Below, one piece after another: positions 15,080-29,049 of a DNA stretch of 64,000 nt (positions are counted from its first letter, which is position 1; every line of letters starts with the position of its first letter). The position numbers were made by a program, and so were the translations under genes. The notes beneath the pieces are model-generated. The model saw only the letters and a program-made list of their open reading frames with translations. It was not told where the DNA came from and ran no database searches. This DNA comes from the human T2T-CHM13v2.0 reference genome, Homo sapiens. Where the stretch lies: NCBI RefSeq assembly GCF_009914755.1, contig NC_060931.1. One strand, 5' to 3'.

Positions 15080-15409
15080 GGAGTGGTGGGCCACACTGCC
15101 TTCAGCCCTGCCTCAGTGACTGTTAGTGCTACCCCAGGTGAGTGGCTTCAGAGAAAATTGCCTCTAAGACTCTGCGGCGGACAATATGAGTTGGAGAGAT
15201 GTGGGTGCAACTCTACTTATTGGCTGTGACCTAGGACAAGTTACTCAACTTTCATGAATTTGCTTATATGTAAAATGGGCAGGATTGTTGGGAAGGTGAA
15301 ACGAGGCTGTGGATGGCAAGCATTCAGCAGGGGGTCTGGAATACTGTAGGCATGTGACCATGGGAGGCATTCTTACTCTTATTACTGTACCTTCAAAACT
15401 GGGAATTAT

Positions 15410-15730
15410 GCCTGGTGCGGGGGCTCACACCTGTAATCCCAGCACTTTGGGAGGCCAAGGCAGGCAGATGACTTGAGGCCAGAAGTTTGAGATCAGCCTG
15501 ACCAACACAGTGGAACCCCGTCTCTACTAAAAAATACAAAAGTTAGCCGAGTGTGGTGGTGCACACCTGTAGTCTCAGCTACTGGGGAGGCTGAGGCACA
15601 AGCATCATTTGAACCTGGGAGGCAGAGACTGCAATGAGCTGAGATTTGCCACTGCACTCCAGCCTGGGTGACAGAGGAAGACTCTTGTCTCAAAAAAACA
15701 AAAAACAAACAAAAAAACCCCCCAAAACAA
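15410..15730 (+). mobile_element. Alu (old S/Jb), first of a tandem pair
   Basis: Full Alu with A-rich tail; flanked by aaaactgg(g)aattatg. Confidence 0.95.
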
Positions 15731-15745
15731 AAAACTGGAATTATG

Positions 15746-16094
<349 letters not shown>

Positions 16095-18552
16095 TCAGTT
16101 CTCCAGTATGCAGTTTCATAAAGTCACCTCAATTATAAACTTCCTTCCTTCCTCTCTGCTTGCCTCCATCCCTCCTCCTTTCTTTCCTTCCCAATTCCAT
16201 AACTGTGCATTGAGAGGCTAGCTTGATTCCACAAGGAGCAGTTCTAGGCCATTGGACTATTAGGACCCCTGCCCTGCAGGAACCAACAGCCTTCCCCATG
16301 GCTTCTGCTACCCTCACCCTCTCCCCTCATCACCCTAGTTTGCACACGGTCCTTTGAAGCTACTGTCACTGCTGTTTAGTGACAACATTCCTGTCTGCCT
16401 TTGTGTCCCACATTCGAGCTGATGTGGGGTCTGGCTTCCCTGGAGAGGAATTAGACAGCACGGTCATAATGAGTTTGTGGCATTATTTCTCTCTCGGCCC
16501 CTCTTGCAGGGATCAGAATGAAGTTGTCATTGCTCTGTGGCCAGAACGGTCCCTGGAAAAAAACTGCAAATGACCTTCCCCCAAGCGGCAGCATTTGGGG
16601 CTTAATTGTGTTTTGTTAATCAGGAAAACAATTAATTTGGCTGTGCCTCTTTGGTGGGGTGTTTTTTTCTTTCTTTTTTAATACAGTAGATGCTGCTAAG
16701 ATGATCCATGTGATGTTTCTAGATTCAATTTCTCTCTCTCCCCAAGGCAAAGAATGACTCTTCTCTGTATCCATGACATCCGGAGACAGCAGAGCGAGGC
16801 ATGGAGTTTTCCAAAGAAGACTGGTTTCTAAAACTTAATATCTGTTTCACAGCAATAGGACGACTCCTCTGCCCAAGCTCTTGCACAGTTTCAGGAATAG
16901 GAATGAGACTGAGGCAGAGGAGTGACAAGTCACAGACCTGTTTCAAAGTAGGAATGCAGAAATTTCTGCATTCTGTCCCCTCTTCTGACCTCCTCCCCAC
17001 CTCATATGATAGAAAATGGTGAAATAGGCACTTTGCTGTGCAGGAGCTACACCGCAGAGCTCAGAGAATCACTAGATCTAGAAACTGAAAGGATGAGCAT
17101 GGGGAGATACAGTGTGAACCTGGATCCTTTGGATAAATTCACTCCCACAGGTTAATGACTGATGATGGCTTAACTTGAGGCAATGCCATAGAATGCCATC
17201 CCCAAACCAAGAGAATTACTCCTAGGGTGGTAATCAGGCTTTGGAGGGTGGTTATCAAGTCCCCTCCAGTCACACCATATGACCTGAATAGTCCTTGGAA
17301 TAGAACACATGTAAATCTGACCCTGTAGACAGTAACCAGTGGCCATGTTTAGAAAGGATGCCCTGCAAGGTGACCCATTTTTGTTTTGTTCACTGATGTA
17401 TCCCATGGCTTAGAACATTCTGGCGTATGGTAGATCCTCAAATATAGGTTAAAAGAAGGATGTGGGGCCAAATTTAACACAGAGGATAATAAGCCCCTTG
17501 TTGTGTGTGTCAGTCAACCTGAGTTTGAGCAAGTGTAGATACCAGTTTGTCTTCCACTAAACCCCTGGATTGGGGGATGATTTCTGACATGAGAGAAGGA
17601 TTTATCTCACTGTCCAGGAGTCAATGACAAGGTCTTCAACAAGAAGTGAGGAAGAGGGAAGAGAAGAAACTTTTACCAAGGAACTGCCAAGTGGCCAGCT
17701 CTGTGCCAGGTGTTGTATGATGAACACTACCTCATTTTATTTCCCTTAAAATAATTGTGTGAGTTGTGTTCACATTTTTACAGTTGAATAAACTAGGGCT
17801 TAATAAAGAAGTTAAGTAACTTATGCAGGGTCATACAGATGGAGGAATTAACTTGACTTCCAAACTCATGTTCTTTCCACTCGTCCACAGAACTTCTCAT
17901 TTTTGGAATGCTTGATTAACATGAGTGGGTACATTCTGTATGTTCAGTTTAGTAGGAGTGGGGAGGGGCTGAAACTCAAATTAACATGACTCTGTTCTTC
18001 TCCTTCAGATGCCTGGACTCCTTGGCTTTGACTCCTTTTTAGCCACTCACTGGCTATGGACATATCCTTCCTCCTTATGCTTAACCTCTCTGTGCCTCAG
18101 TTTCCTCATCTACAACGGTGATAACAACAGTACCAATTTTATAGCATCGTTGTGAGAAGTAAGTGGGTGAAGCACTCATACTTGAGTCTGGTCCATGGCA
18201 TGATTGATGTAAGTTAAGACTGTTATTAGGACAAGCTCTGTCTTTATACACCCTGTATCAATTGAGGGTCACTTGTGTACTATGTAGCTCTTAACCTATT
18301 AAGGAAAGCCTGGTCCCCAGGTACTGTCTCCAGAAAAGCATCAAACCTCTAACCAGGCTCTACTGAAATGCTGATTATTTAACGCCAGGAAAGTACACCT
18401 TTGTCTAGATGCCTTTTTATCACTCTAGTACAAGCATGGAAGGTATTATTACCTGGAGCTGAAAACATATGTTTACAAAGAATTTTTATTGGAGGTTTAC
18501 CCTGTGTGCTGTTGTTAAGCTCTATGAAAGGGCTTTGGAGATGAAAGTGAGA

Positions 18553-20478
18553 ATGCACAGACCACTTCAACATGCGCATACCACTTCAACATGCCCATAC
18601 CACTTCAACATGCACAGACCACTTCATCATGCACTGACAACTTCAACATGTGCATTCCACTTCAACATGCATGGCCATTTCAACATGCACCTACCACGTC
18701 AACATGCACATAACACTTCAACATGCACCTATCACTTCAACATGCATGGACCATGTCAGCATGCACATACCACTTCAACATGCATGGATTATGTCAACAT
18801 GGGCATATCACTTCAACATGCACAGAACACTTCAACATGCGTGGACCACTTCAACATGCACATAGCACTTCAACATGCTTATACCACTTCAACATGCATG
18901 GACCACTTCAACATGCACATTCCACTTCAACATGCATGGACCACTTCAACATGCGCATTCCACTTCAACATGCATGGCCATTTGAACATGCACCTACCAC
19001 ATCAACATGCACATATCACTTCAACATGTATGGACCACTTCAACATGTGCATAGCACTTCAACATACATATGCCACTTCAACATGCACAGACTACTTCAA
19101 CATGTGCATTCCACTTCAACATGCATGGACCATTTCAACATGCACGTATCACTTCAACATGCTCATACCACTTCAACATGCATGGACCACTTCAACATGT
19201 GCATTCCACTTCAAAATGCATGGCCATTTCAACATGCACCTACCATGTCAACATGCGCATATCACTTCAACATGCACCTACCACTTCAACATGCACAGGC
19301 CATGTCAACATGTGCATATCACTTCAACATGCATAGACCACTTCAACATGCACCTACCACTTCAACATGCACTGACCATGTCAACATGTGCATACCACTT
19401 CAACATGCACAGACCACTTCAAAATTCATGGACCACATCAACATGCATGGCCCACTTCAACATGCACAAACCACTTCAACGTTCATAGACCACTTCAACA
19501 TGCATGGGCCACATCAACATGTGCATACCACTTCAACATGCACAGACTACTTCAACATGCATGGACCACTTTAACATGCGCATATCACTTCAACATGTGC
19601 ATATCACTTCAACATGCACAGACCACTTTAACCTGCGTGGAACACTTCAACATGTGCATACCACTTCAACATGCGTGGCCCACTTCAACATGTGCATATC
19701 ACTTCAACATGCACATACCACTTCAACATGTGCGACCATTTCAACTTGCACCTACCACTTCAACACGTGCATACCACTTCAACATGTGCATAGCACTTCA
19801 ACATGCACAGACCACTTCAACACGGATGGACCACTTCAACATGCATGGACCACTTCAACATTTGCATATCACTTCAACATGCACGACCACTTCAACATGC
19901 ACAGGCCACTTCAACATGCACATTCCACTTCAACATACACGGCCATTTCAACATGCACCTATCATGTCAACATGCACATACCACTTCAACGTGCACCTAC
20001 CACTTCAACATGCATGGACCATGTCAACGTGTGCATACCACTCCAACATTCACAGAGCACTTCAACATGCATGGACCAAGTCAACATGCACGTACCACTT
20101 CAAATGCACATGCCACGTCAACATGCACAGACCACTTCAACATGCATGGACCACTTCAACATGCTCATACCATTTCAACATGTGCATACCACTTCAACAC
20201 GCATGGACCACTTCAACATGCTCATACCATTTCAACATGCACGTATCACTTCAGCATGCATGGACCACTTCAGCATGCTCATACTATTTCAACATGCTTA
20301 TACCATTTCAACATGCGCATACCACTTTAACATGCATGGACCACCTCAACATGCACGGACCACTTCAACATGCACAGACCAATTAAACATGCACAGACCA
20401 CTTCATCATGCACGGACCACTTCAACATGCACATTCCACTTCAACACGCACAGATCACTTCAACATGCGCATACCACT
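18553..20478. repeat. 19-bp minisatellite array (~100 units), consensus CCACTTCAACATG + variable 6-mer
   Basis: Direct read; 1926 bp / 19 = ~101 units; variable parts include CATGGA, CACATA, CACAGA, TGCATA, CACCTA, TGCATT, CTCATA. Confidence 0.98.
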
Positions 20479-21009
20479 CTGGTCGTGGAGGATGCCCTAA
20501 CCTCCAATGACTTGTTTATGAAGGGCTGTGTGGTTCTTTCTTGCTCTCCCCCTCTCCCTCTTTGCAGGGAAGAGTAGAGGGAAATTAGGGCCAGTAGAGA
20601 TGACCCACAGAGTGGCAGAGAAAGTCAGTGCCATAAGCTGATTCCAGAATGGTTGCTCAGGTGGGCATCTGCTTTGGTGGCAGAGTCGAGGAAGCAGCCT
20701 CTATGGGGTTAATTGTTGGATTAATCCCAGAAGCTTTAGCGGAACTGTGACTAATTCTCCCCACCTTTAGGTGCCTTTTACTAAGGAAGTTAGAACTCTT
20801 GCATTCTGCTTCAGAATCTATCTTTACAACACTGCTGCAAGACAGACTTTGTCCCTTTTTTTGCAGATGAAGGAATTGAGGCCTTAGGGAGTCGTGTGTA
20901 CAGCCTCATCACACAAGGAGGGTCATAGCAGAACTGACCTGAGACCACCAGGGGTCTCTACACCTGAGCCCCCATCCTTTCCACTAGACCATCCTTTCTA
21001 CTAGACTCC

Positions 21010-21221
21010 ATCTGTTTTCCACAGGGGACGACTTTGCCCACCAGGCCATGTGGCAACATCTGAAAATATTTTTGGTTGTCACAACTGAATAGGCGGTGCT
21101 GCTGGCATCTGGTGAGAGAGGCCAGGGCTGCAGCTGCACACCCTCCAACGCACAGGACAGTACCCCATGACAAGGAATTCACCTGCCTAAATGTCAGTAG
21201 TGCTGAGATTGAGAAACCCTA
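21010..21221 (+). mobile_element. MER20 DNA transposon
   Basis: 'tttggttgtcacaactg...gctgctggcatctggtga...gcacaggacag...aatgtcagtagtgctgagattgagaaaccct'. Confidence 0.88.
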
Positions 21222-24200
21222 TTTTAGATGGATCTTCTTGCCACCCAGAAAGGACTCAAGGACAACTTTTAAGAAGAGAGTGCTGAGTTGGAGCCCTGCC
21301 ATGCTTCAGCAACCACCTTCCCCTGTTGAGAACCACTGTCCTGGAGCAATTTCCCCCAAACTTCTGTGAGGACAGGAATCATCAAGTCACCCGTTAGAGC
21401 TGTAGTTTTCTTCATCCCTTCTGCTGGAGATCCTGATCCAGTCTTTTAAAAAAAATTTCTAAAAATATTTTTAAGAAAAAAAATTTGCAGTTTGAGTGTC
21501 TCAGGTGGTTTTTATTACCAAGAAAGTCTGGAAACTACCTTAAACAGCTTCAACATGCACGTACCACTTGGATGGGGCTGGTCTTCAGTTGACATTGCTC
21601 ATGGTTTAAGAGGGTTACCTCCTTTCTTTCCCTCACAATGATGTAAAGCTTGATGGCTGACATGACAAAACATGTTAAATTAATTAGCACGTGGATGACT
21701 CAGAGGTCCCACCCTCCTTGGAGGTATGTTTTTGAACAGAGGAGCTTCCTTCCAGCCTGCTGATGATGGACAGTAAGAGGAGATGAAGGAGCACTGACCA
21801 GTGCTCAGAAGACCTGGACTGGGGTCTTAGCTAATGATGTTTCCCTGGACAAGCATCTTCAGTGTCCTGAGCCTCAGTTTTCTCATCTGCAAATCAGGCC
21901 TACCAGGGGATGTCCTATCTTTCAGGGCAGCCATGAGGAGTAAGGAGATGATGCCACACCTTCTGGCTGTGCATCAGAATCATCTGTGGGCCTTTTTAAA
22001 ACTACAAACACCCAGGTCACATCCAAGACTACTCATTCATTCTTAGCGATAAGGTCCATATTTAAAAAGTAGTGCTCCTTTATGAAGTGTCACAGGTAAG
22101 TCTTTAGAAAACTAGAAAGCTCCTCAGAAAGTACCTTGTAAACTAAAAAATGCTGTTCAGATAAAAGGGATTCTTTCATTCTCACAGATTGCTGATCCCA
22201 GCCATAAATGGTACTATAACAGTTTCCTATTTGGCCTTGTCAGATCATCATACACATTTGACTACCTAAGCAGATGGTGCCATGTCTTGTGGATATTTTG
22301 AAAAAATAGGACAGGCTCCCATCTGCCCGCAATGACTCAGGGGCTGCCTGTCTTTCCCAGAGGCAGAGGCAGTGGCTGAATGTCCTCTGAGGATGCCTCT
22401 GGCACCAGGGGGCCTTGACAGTGTCTCCTCCCAAGGCAGGGGCCATCATGGATAGTGCTCACGCCAGCAAATTGTAAGGACGCAGCTGCACATCATCCAC
22501 CAGTGCAAGTTGTGGAAACCGGGGCCAGGCTCTGTGCTGCCTATTTCCTTCTGCCAGAGGGGGTGATCCCCCAGATGAAGGATGGAGCAGGGGGTTCTTC
22601 CTGCCTTCCTAATGTCTCCACCCCGGGCCATGGATGGGGACAACAGAAAGGAAGGGGCCTTGCTAAATATAAAGCTCTGTGCAGGTGGGAGAATCATCAT
22701 GATTGCTTGTATATTGTCCTTACTATGACTATGGATTTCTCTCTTTCTCCCACTGCAGCAAGACTCAGGGCAAGTTTGGCACCACCTGGTTGATCCCTGA
22801 AGGGTGGCTGTGCCCTTGTCCCATCACTTCTCTGATCCTCAGCCTGGGAGCAGGAGGAGGGCTGCAGGCTGGTGTGATGCTGACCAGCAAGGTTCTTCCT
22901 TGCAGAAGGGGTAAGTGGTGGCCACTCCAGATTGTGCAGGCTGGAGCCTACGCAGTACTCCTCTTCTCCCAGGGACAGAATGGAGCTACCTGGAGGTGAC
23001 TGTAGGAGATGGTGAACACAGCATCTCCCTGGGGGGCCTGTAGTTGCGAAGTGCTCCTCCTGGGCTCCACTCCAGCTTTGGAACCAAATGCCTCAGATCT
23101 TGCTGTCTGCCTAAAATGCTGGAAGCTCATGGACCCATCAGCTTCTAACTACCCCTTTGGTTGTCCCTCTGCAGGCTTCTCCAGACCAGGTCTGCTGCCC
23201 CCTCCTCATCTCAGGATGTCCAACTTTCCTGATTTTGCTAAGGTGTGCAATATTCTCCATTTACTTGGGCCTTTCCTTCCTATCTTCCTACACCTTAGCA
23301 TCTTCTGTTTCTGGACAGAAAACCACCAACTGCTGTCTGCTTGCCTGCTCCATGGAAATGGTTCTATCCCAGCCAGTTCTGCTGGGAACTGGGCTGGGAA
23401 CTCTTTGCCAGGGAGGGCTGTGTGTCTGGTCTTTGAGAATACACTAGGTCAGAGGGCTCTCCTTTCAGCTCCCTTGGAGGCCAGGATGTTCTTCTTGTAC
23501 CTGGATGACTGGTCACTGTGCTCCACTTAGACCACTGCGTTGAAGAATTGAGGGAAAAGGAGAGGCTGAGACCTTGGGTTAGAAGGTGATGGGATACATT
23601 TTTATTAAACTTTGTGGAATGGAATTAAATCATCCTGAGGGAAAATCTAAGAATAAGAAAGAATATTATTATAAAAGGAGGAATAAAGTTCATTTGCAGC
23701 TACTGTACTTAAACTTCTAGACCAGGATAATGCAGTCCTTTCGAATTCAGAATAGAGAGGAAATGATCATGTTAGTTGAAGATGCTGGCTAGTCCTAAAT
23801 AAGATTTAATCCTCTCTTTCTTTCACACACACCCATATACTCCAGCACATGCCTATGTGCTCACACACACATGCACACATTCAAACACATGCATACCTGG
23901 TCTGGGGCACCCTACCTGCACATCTATGCACCAATTTATCACCTGCGACCTTCATTAGTCCTCATTTGCATGCCCATGGAGCACAATTCCCTTATTATTT
24001 TCTTTGTTGCAAATGCAGAGCGTAGGAGGGGCCTGGGTTGGCTATATTTTCTCATTCCCAAATCCTGTGATGTAGGTTTCAGTCACTGCCCACAGTGAGG
24101 ACCTCTCCTGCATATGAACCTCTCAAGGGCAGGGACTGTGCTTTATTCATCATTGGGTCTCTAGTGCCTTGTATGGTGCCTGGCACACAGTAGGTGCTCA

Positions 24201-24251
24201 ATAATTGTTTATGACACTGAAATTTGGAGTCTGACTCAAGGTAATAAAATT

Positions 24252-24675
24252 TGGTGGAGACTGCTGCCTGTCCATCAAAACTCATGTCCTCTTCTTCCAG
24301 GGCATACAACTAGAATAATTTCCCTCCTCTGATGTTAGATCAGGCCATGGGTCTGAGATCTAATCATAGAACATGAACAGAAATGATAAATGCCCCCTCC
24401 ACACCTGGCCTGTCAAAACCTCTCCCTGTCTTCTCTATGTCCTTTTTCCCTCTGGCTGGTTGAAATGCCCATTCCCAGGGAAGCCTTAGAACTCACACAC
24501 TGAAGATGGCAGAGCAGCTGGTGGCTTGAGCTCTGAATAACTACATGGAGCAGAGCTGTGCTTTCAACCTGGAAACCCATCTAGACTATCACATAAAAGG
24601 GAAATAGACTTCTTATTCTTCAGGCCACTGAATGCCTTGTGTCTGTTCTTACAGCTCTGCCTCCCCCAAGTGATA
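24252..24675 (+). mobile_element. MLT1I/J-like MaLR LTR
   Basis: 'ggccatgggtctgag...gaagatggcagagc...ctgaataactacatggagcagagc...gaaatagacttc...gccactga'. Confidence 0.65.
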
Positions 24676-25974
24676 CTCCCCATGTGGCCATGGGCCTGGT
24701 TGGTCACCCTGGACTCACAGTGGAAGGCTGTGAGTTCATGGAGCTGTGGTGCGGGATTGGGCAGAGAGCCCATATGCTCTTGGATGCATGTTTCACTCCT
24801 TTAGACCTCTGCCTACAAGACCCTTGCAGCAGGGGCTGGGTTCTGTTTCTCAAAGGCATAAGAGAAATAAGGTTAGGGAATTCCTTCCCAGAAACCAGAT
24901 CCCCAGGCTGTTTGTTAGTCTGACTCTGATGCTGTCTGCTGTGGGGCCCACTGTGGGTCCCTATTCTACCCTACTTGTTTTCCCATTTGAAAAGCTAAAA
25001 TAATCAGGGTGCTGTGTATCCCTGTGGGATAAGAAGGGAGGACTTATTAAGGACAGTGTCTTAAGGACTTAAATTTTATTTAGAGGAGAGAGAGTGAAAC
25101 AATGTGGTACAAAGAGAAAGAGCCCTGGGGAGAAGCCAGGGGACATGGCAGGAACACTGATCAGATTGAAGGGGACTGTCAGTCAGGGATGTCAGCAGGT
25201 GCTGCTCCCTCCCCCAGGTCACATGGTTATCTCAGCTACAGTGTTTGGCCCCATCCCAGGGCTCAGGGTTACCTCTTGTCCTGTTGCCTGTGGCCCACAA
25301 GGTGCATGGCCAGTGGCTAGGATGGACAGCTCAAGTGACCCTGGATACTCAGAGCATCTTTCTGAGGAGCCTGGGCTGAGGCTTTTCTCAGCTGTTGCCT
25401 GACCCTCATCACATCCCTTTCCAAAGGGCCAATGACTAACTCCCTATGGGGCACCCAAGGACCACCCAACTGGAGCTACCACCTTGTTTATAGGGAGTGC
25501 TATAAATGAATGCATTTTAGGCAGATAAATGAACGCATATTTAGAGTTCATTTAAAGAGGAAAATAACTTTTTTCACATTATTAAAAAAATGCATGGCTA
25601 TAGTAGAAAATGGGAAAATTCAAATACTTATAAGGAAAAAAAAAATAAGAGCTGCAATTCCATCCCCCAGAGATAACCATTGTCAAGACTTTTTATGCAA
25701 CTTTTTCATTCTCCTCTCCTTCCTCCCTCTCCTTCCCTCTCCCTCGCCTTTCCCCATCTCATTCTCCCTCCCTTTCTCTTTCTCCTATCTGATAAATCCT
25801 ATTATTCTGTTTATCTAGCTATATTTAAACAATATGAAATTCTATTCTACATCTTTTCTACATCTGCTCAGTTAGCATACTTCCACATCAACAAATGGAG
25901 CATCATTTAAGCCCCAGAAAAGTGTTCTGTTATATGGCTGAAGGATGGGCAAGTTTTTCTGTTATTTTTCCTCC

Positions 25975-26448
<474 letters not shown>

Positions 26449-27129
26449 TCAGCTGTGTGCCCAGGAAATATGAACACAAATGTTACTGAGTTCTATATTA
26501 GCTCCTCTGATTCTCAAAATAGCTTTCTGAGGCAAATGTCATCACCTTCCCTGCTTTGGTTGAGATGTTGGAAACTGAGGCACAGAGAGCTTCAGCTACC
26601 TGCCCAAGGTCACAAAGCTGGGCAAGCGAAACAGGTGGCTTGAAGCCAGAGTCCCTGCACTTCCCAAGGGCTCTGTGTGCCTCCCCACGGCCCCTGCTGT
26701 GATGGGAAGAGCCCTTGAGTAGAAATCAGCAGACCCAGGTCCTGAACTTGTCAATTATGTGAACTTGGGTAATCCATGCAACATTTAGGGGCCTGAATGT
26801 CCTCTTCAATGTTACAAGCACTAGTCTTATGTAAAATAATAGAAAAAACATTTCAAGCTTTCTTTCATTAGTAATTTGCATTCAATCAGAGCTTCTAGAA
26901 GCTCTTCCTCTCTCCCCTGTGATATAGAGTTAAGGATAAATAATGACAACAGTGTCCCTAATTTTGAAGGACAGGTGTCCTGATCAGAGAAACAATATAC
27001 ACACGATTATAAGACATAAGATAGCTAAAAAATATTAACTAATGTAACAAGCCACTCTATGGTCAAAGCTTAAGTACCGGAAACAAAAAACTAGAAGGAA
27101 AATGTCCTGTAGGACTCTGAGTAAGTTCT

Positions 27130-27491
27130 TGCAATGGGCTGGATGTTTATGTACCCCACCCCTAGAATGGATTTGTTGAAATCCTAACCCCCAAGGCGAT
27201 GGTACTAGGAGGTGGAGCCTTTGTGAAGTGATTAGGCCTTTAGGGTAGAAACCTCATGAATGGGATTAGTGCTCATATAAAAGAAGCCCCAGAGAGCTCA
27301 TTCACTCCTTCTGTCATGTAGGACCCCACAAAAAGGTGCCTTCTATGAACCAGAAAATGAGCCCTCACCAGATGCTGAATCTTCTTTGATCTTGGACTTC
27401 TCAGCCTCCGGAACTGTGAACAATAGTTCTGTTGTTAATAATCCTCCCAGTTTACAATATTTTGTTATAGCAGCCAGAACAGACTAAGACA
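27130..27491 (+). mobile_element. MLT1A0 solo LTR
   Basis: 'tgcaatgggctggatg...gttgaaatcctaacccccaa...cctcatgaatgggattagtgc...tttgttatagcagcc...gactaagaca'. Confidence 0.88.
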
Positions 27492-29049
27492 TCCCTTTAT
27501 TTTCAGGTGTCCCATCTGTGGAATAAAAAGCATTATCTCCACCTCTCTATCCCTTGGGGGAAGGGAGATTTGGGCCTTTCACAACAGTTGTGCTTACACC
27601 AAAAGCTAAGGGCTGTGCTTGGGGCTGGTCATTGGACCAGGATTAGGGCCAACCTCCCAGGGGGCCTGGGAGCACTTCTTGACTGCTGTCCTACAAGGGC
27701 AGGGGTGCCAGAAAATCAGACCCCTGGAAGTTCCTCTTTGTTCAACAATAATTGGCCAACTGGCAAACACTGCACTAGGCAGGCCAACTAGACTGACCCC
27801 TACAGGGAGGGAGAGGTGCCCTGGTTAGCATCCTCATTAGTAGGGGAATCCAGTCAGCTCAGGAGTGCTAGCCCTGGCCTTTGCCCAGAGGAAGGTGATA
27901 TCTTCTCCCACTCTGCCATTAATTGAACATTATTATATCTCCTTTGTACTTCACACTGTGCAAACCCTTGTCTCCAGGACCAAGAAGTCTCCCTAAACTA
28001 TCCCCTCTCTCCCTCCACGTCATCCCCATACCCACAATCATTGCATCCTGAGGATTCTACCACTTGCATAAATGGCTCTTCTGCTCCCCAGGGCTAGACT
28101 GGGATGAGGTAAATGAGATGCCCAGGGTGTAAAATTTATGGAGACACTCACACCCAGGGATTGTGTAAGTCCTGGCCTGCCTCCTCCTTGCAGGCCTCAT
28201 CACTGTCACTGCCTCCTAACTATGCTCCCTGTCTCCTGTCTTGCCTCCAACCAATACATTTTTCATATGGCAACAAGAATTTTCTAGAGCAAATCACATC
28301 TGATCACATTACTCTCTTGCATCGTGGGCTGTCCTTTGCCCAGGCACTGGCATGTAGATAAAACCTCTGTGGTCTGGCCCCTACCTATGGTTTTACTATT
28401 CCTGCTACTTATACCCTCCATTTCCACTAGATACTGGGTATTCCCAGAACAAGCCTGGCCCTGGAATCCTGAGGTTTTTCTCATTTTGAACCTTTAGAAA
28501 ATGCTGCTGCCCCTTAGCCTCCTTTCTCTCCCACCTAACTGGCAAACTCCTCCCACTTTCATACCTAGCTGTAGTGTCACCCCTCATACCTCTTCCTGGA
28601 GTCAACTTTCCAGAGTTTGTGCCTCTGTTTCCCCATGGTACCTTGTGCAGCTGTCTCAGCATTTTATGAGACTAGCTACTCACATTTCCTTCTCTCCCAT
28701 CAGACATCTGAATCCTGCAGAACAGTCAGTTTCTTTTTCATCTTTACATCCCAGAGCCTCATGGAGTGACTTGTAGGGAGACAGATTTCAATACTGGCTT
28801 CCTGTCTAAATGGAAACTGGCTCTGCAGGAGATTCTGAAATATGGGGAGGCAGCAGGCAAAGAGATAAAAACAAGTGTTTTTCAGATTCTGGAGGAATTG
28901 CAGTTTAGGAAAAACAGCTTTGTTCTTTTGTCATCCCTTGTTGAGGGCCTAAACTGAAGTCTTGATCCCAGTTACTGCAAGAGGAATTTGGGTTGGTCCT
29001 TTACAATTCTCCCTTGAGGTCAAATGCTCTTCCTTCAGATCCTTTTTCA

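Noticed and set aside
18553-20478. CRISPR-like appearance (constant repeat plus variable spacer)
   Set aside because: The 'spacers' are only 6 bp, recur from a small related set, there are no cas genes, and the DNA is primate nuclear; it is a minisatellite
18469-20577. Long His/Cys-rich ORFs as a zinc-finger or real protein gene
   Set aside because: No C2H2 spacing or TGEKP linkers; ORFs in all three frames follow from a stop-poor 19-nt unit
23009-23530. 173-aa ORF in non-repeat DNA
   Set aside because: No recognisable domain or supporting exon structure; length is compatible with chance
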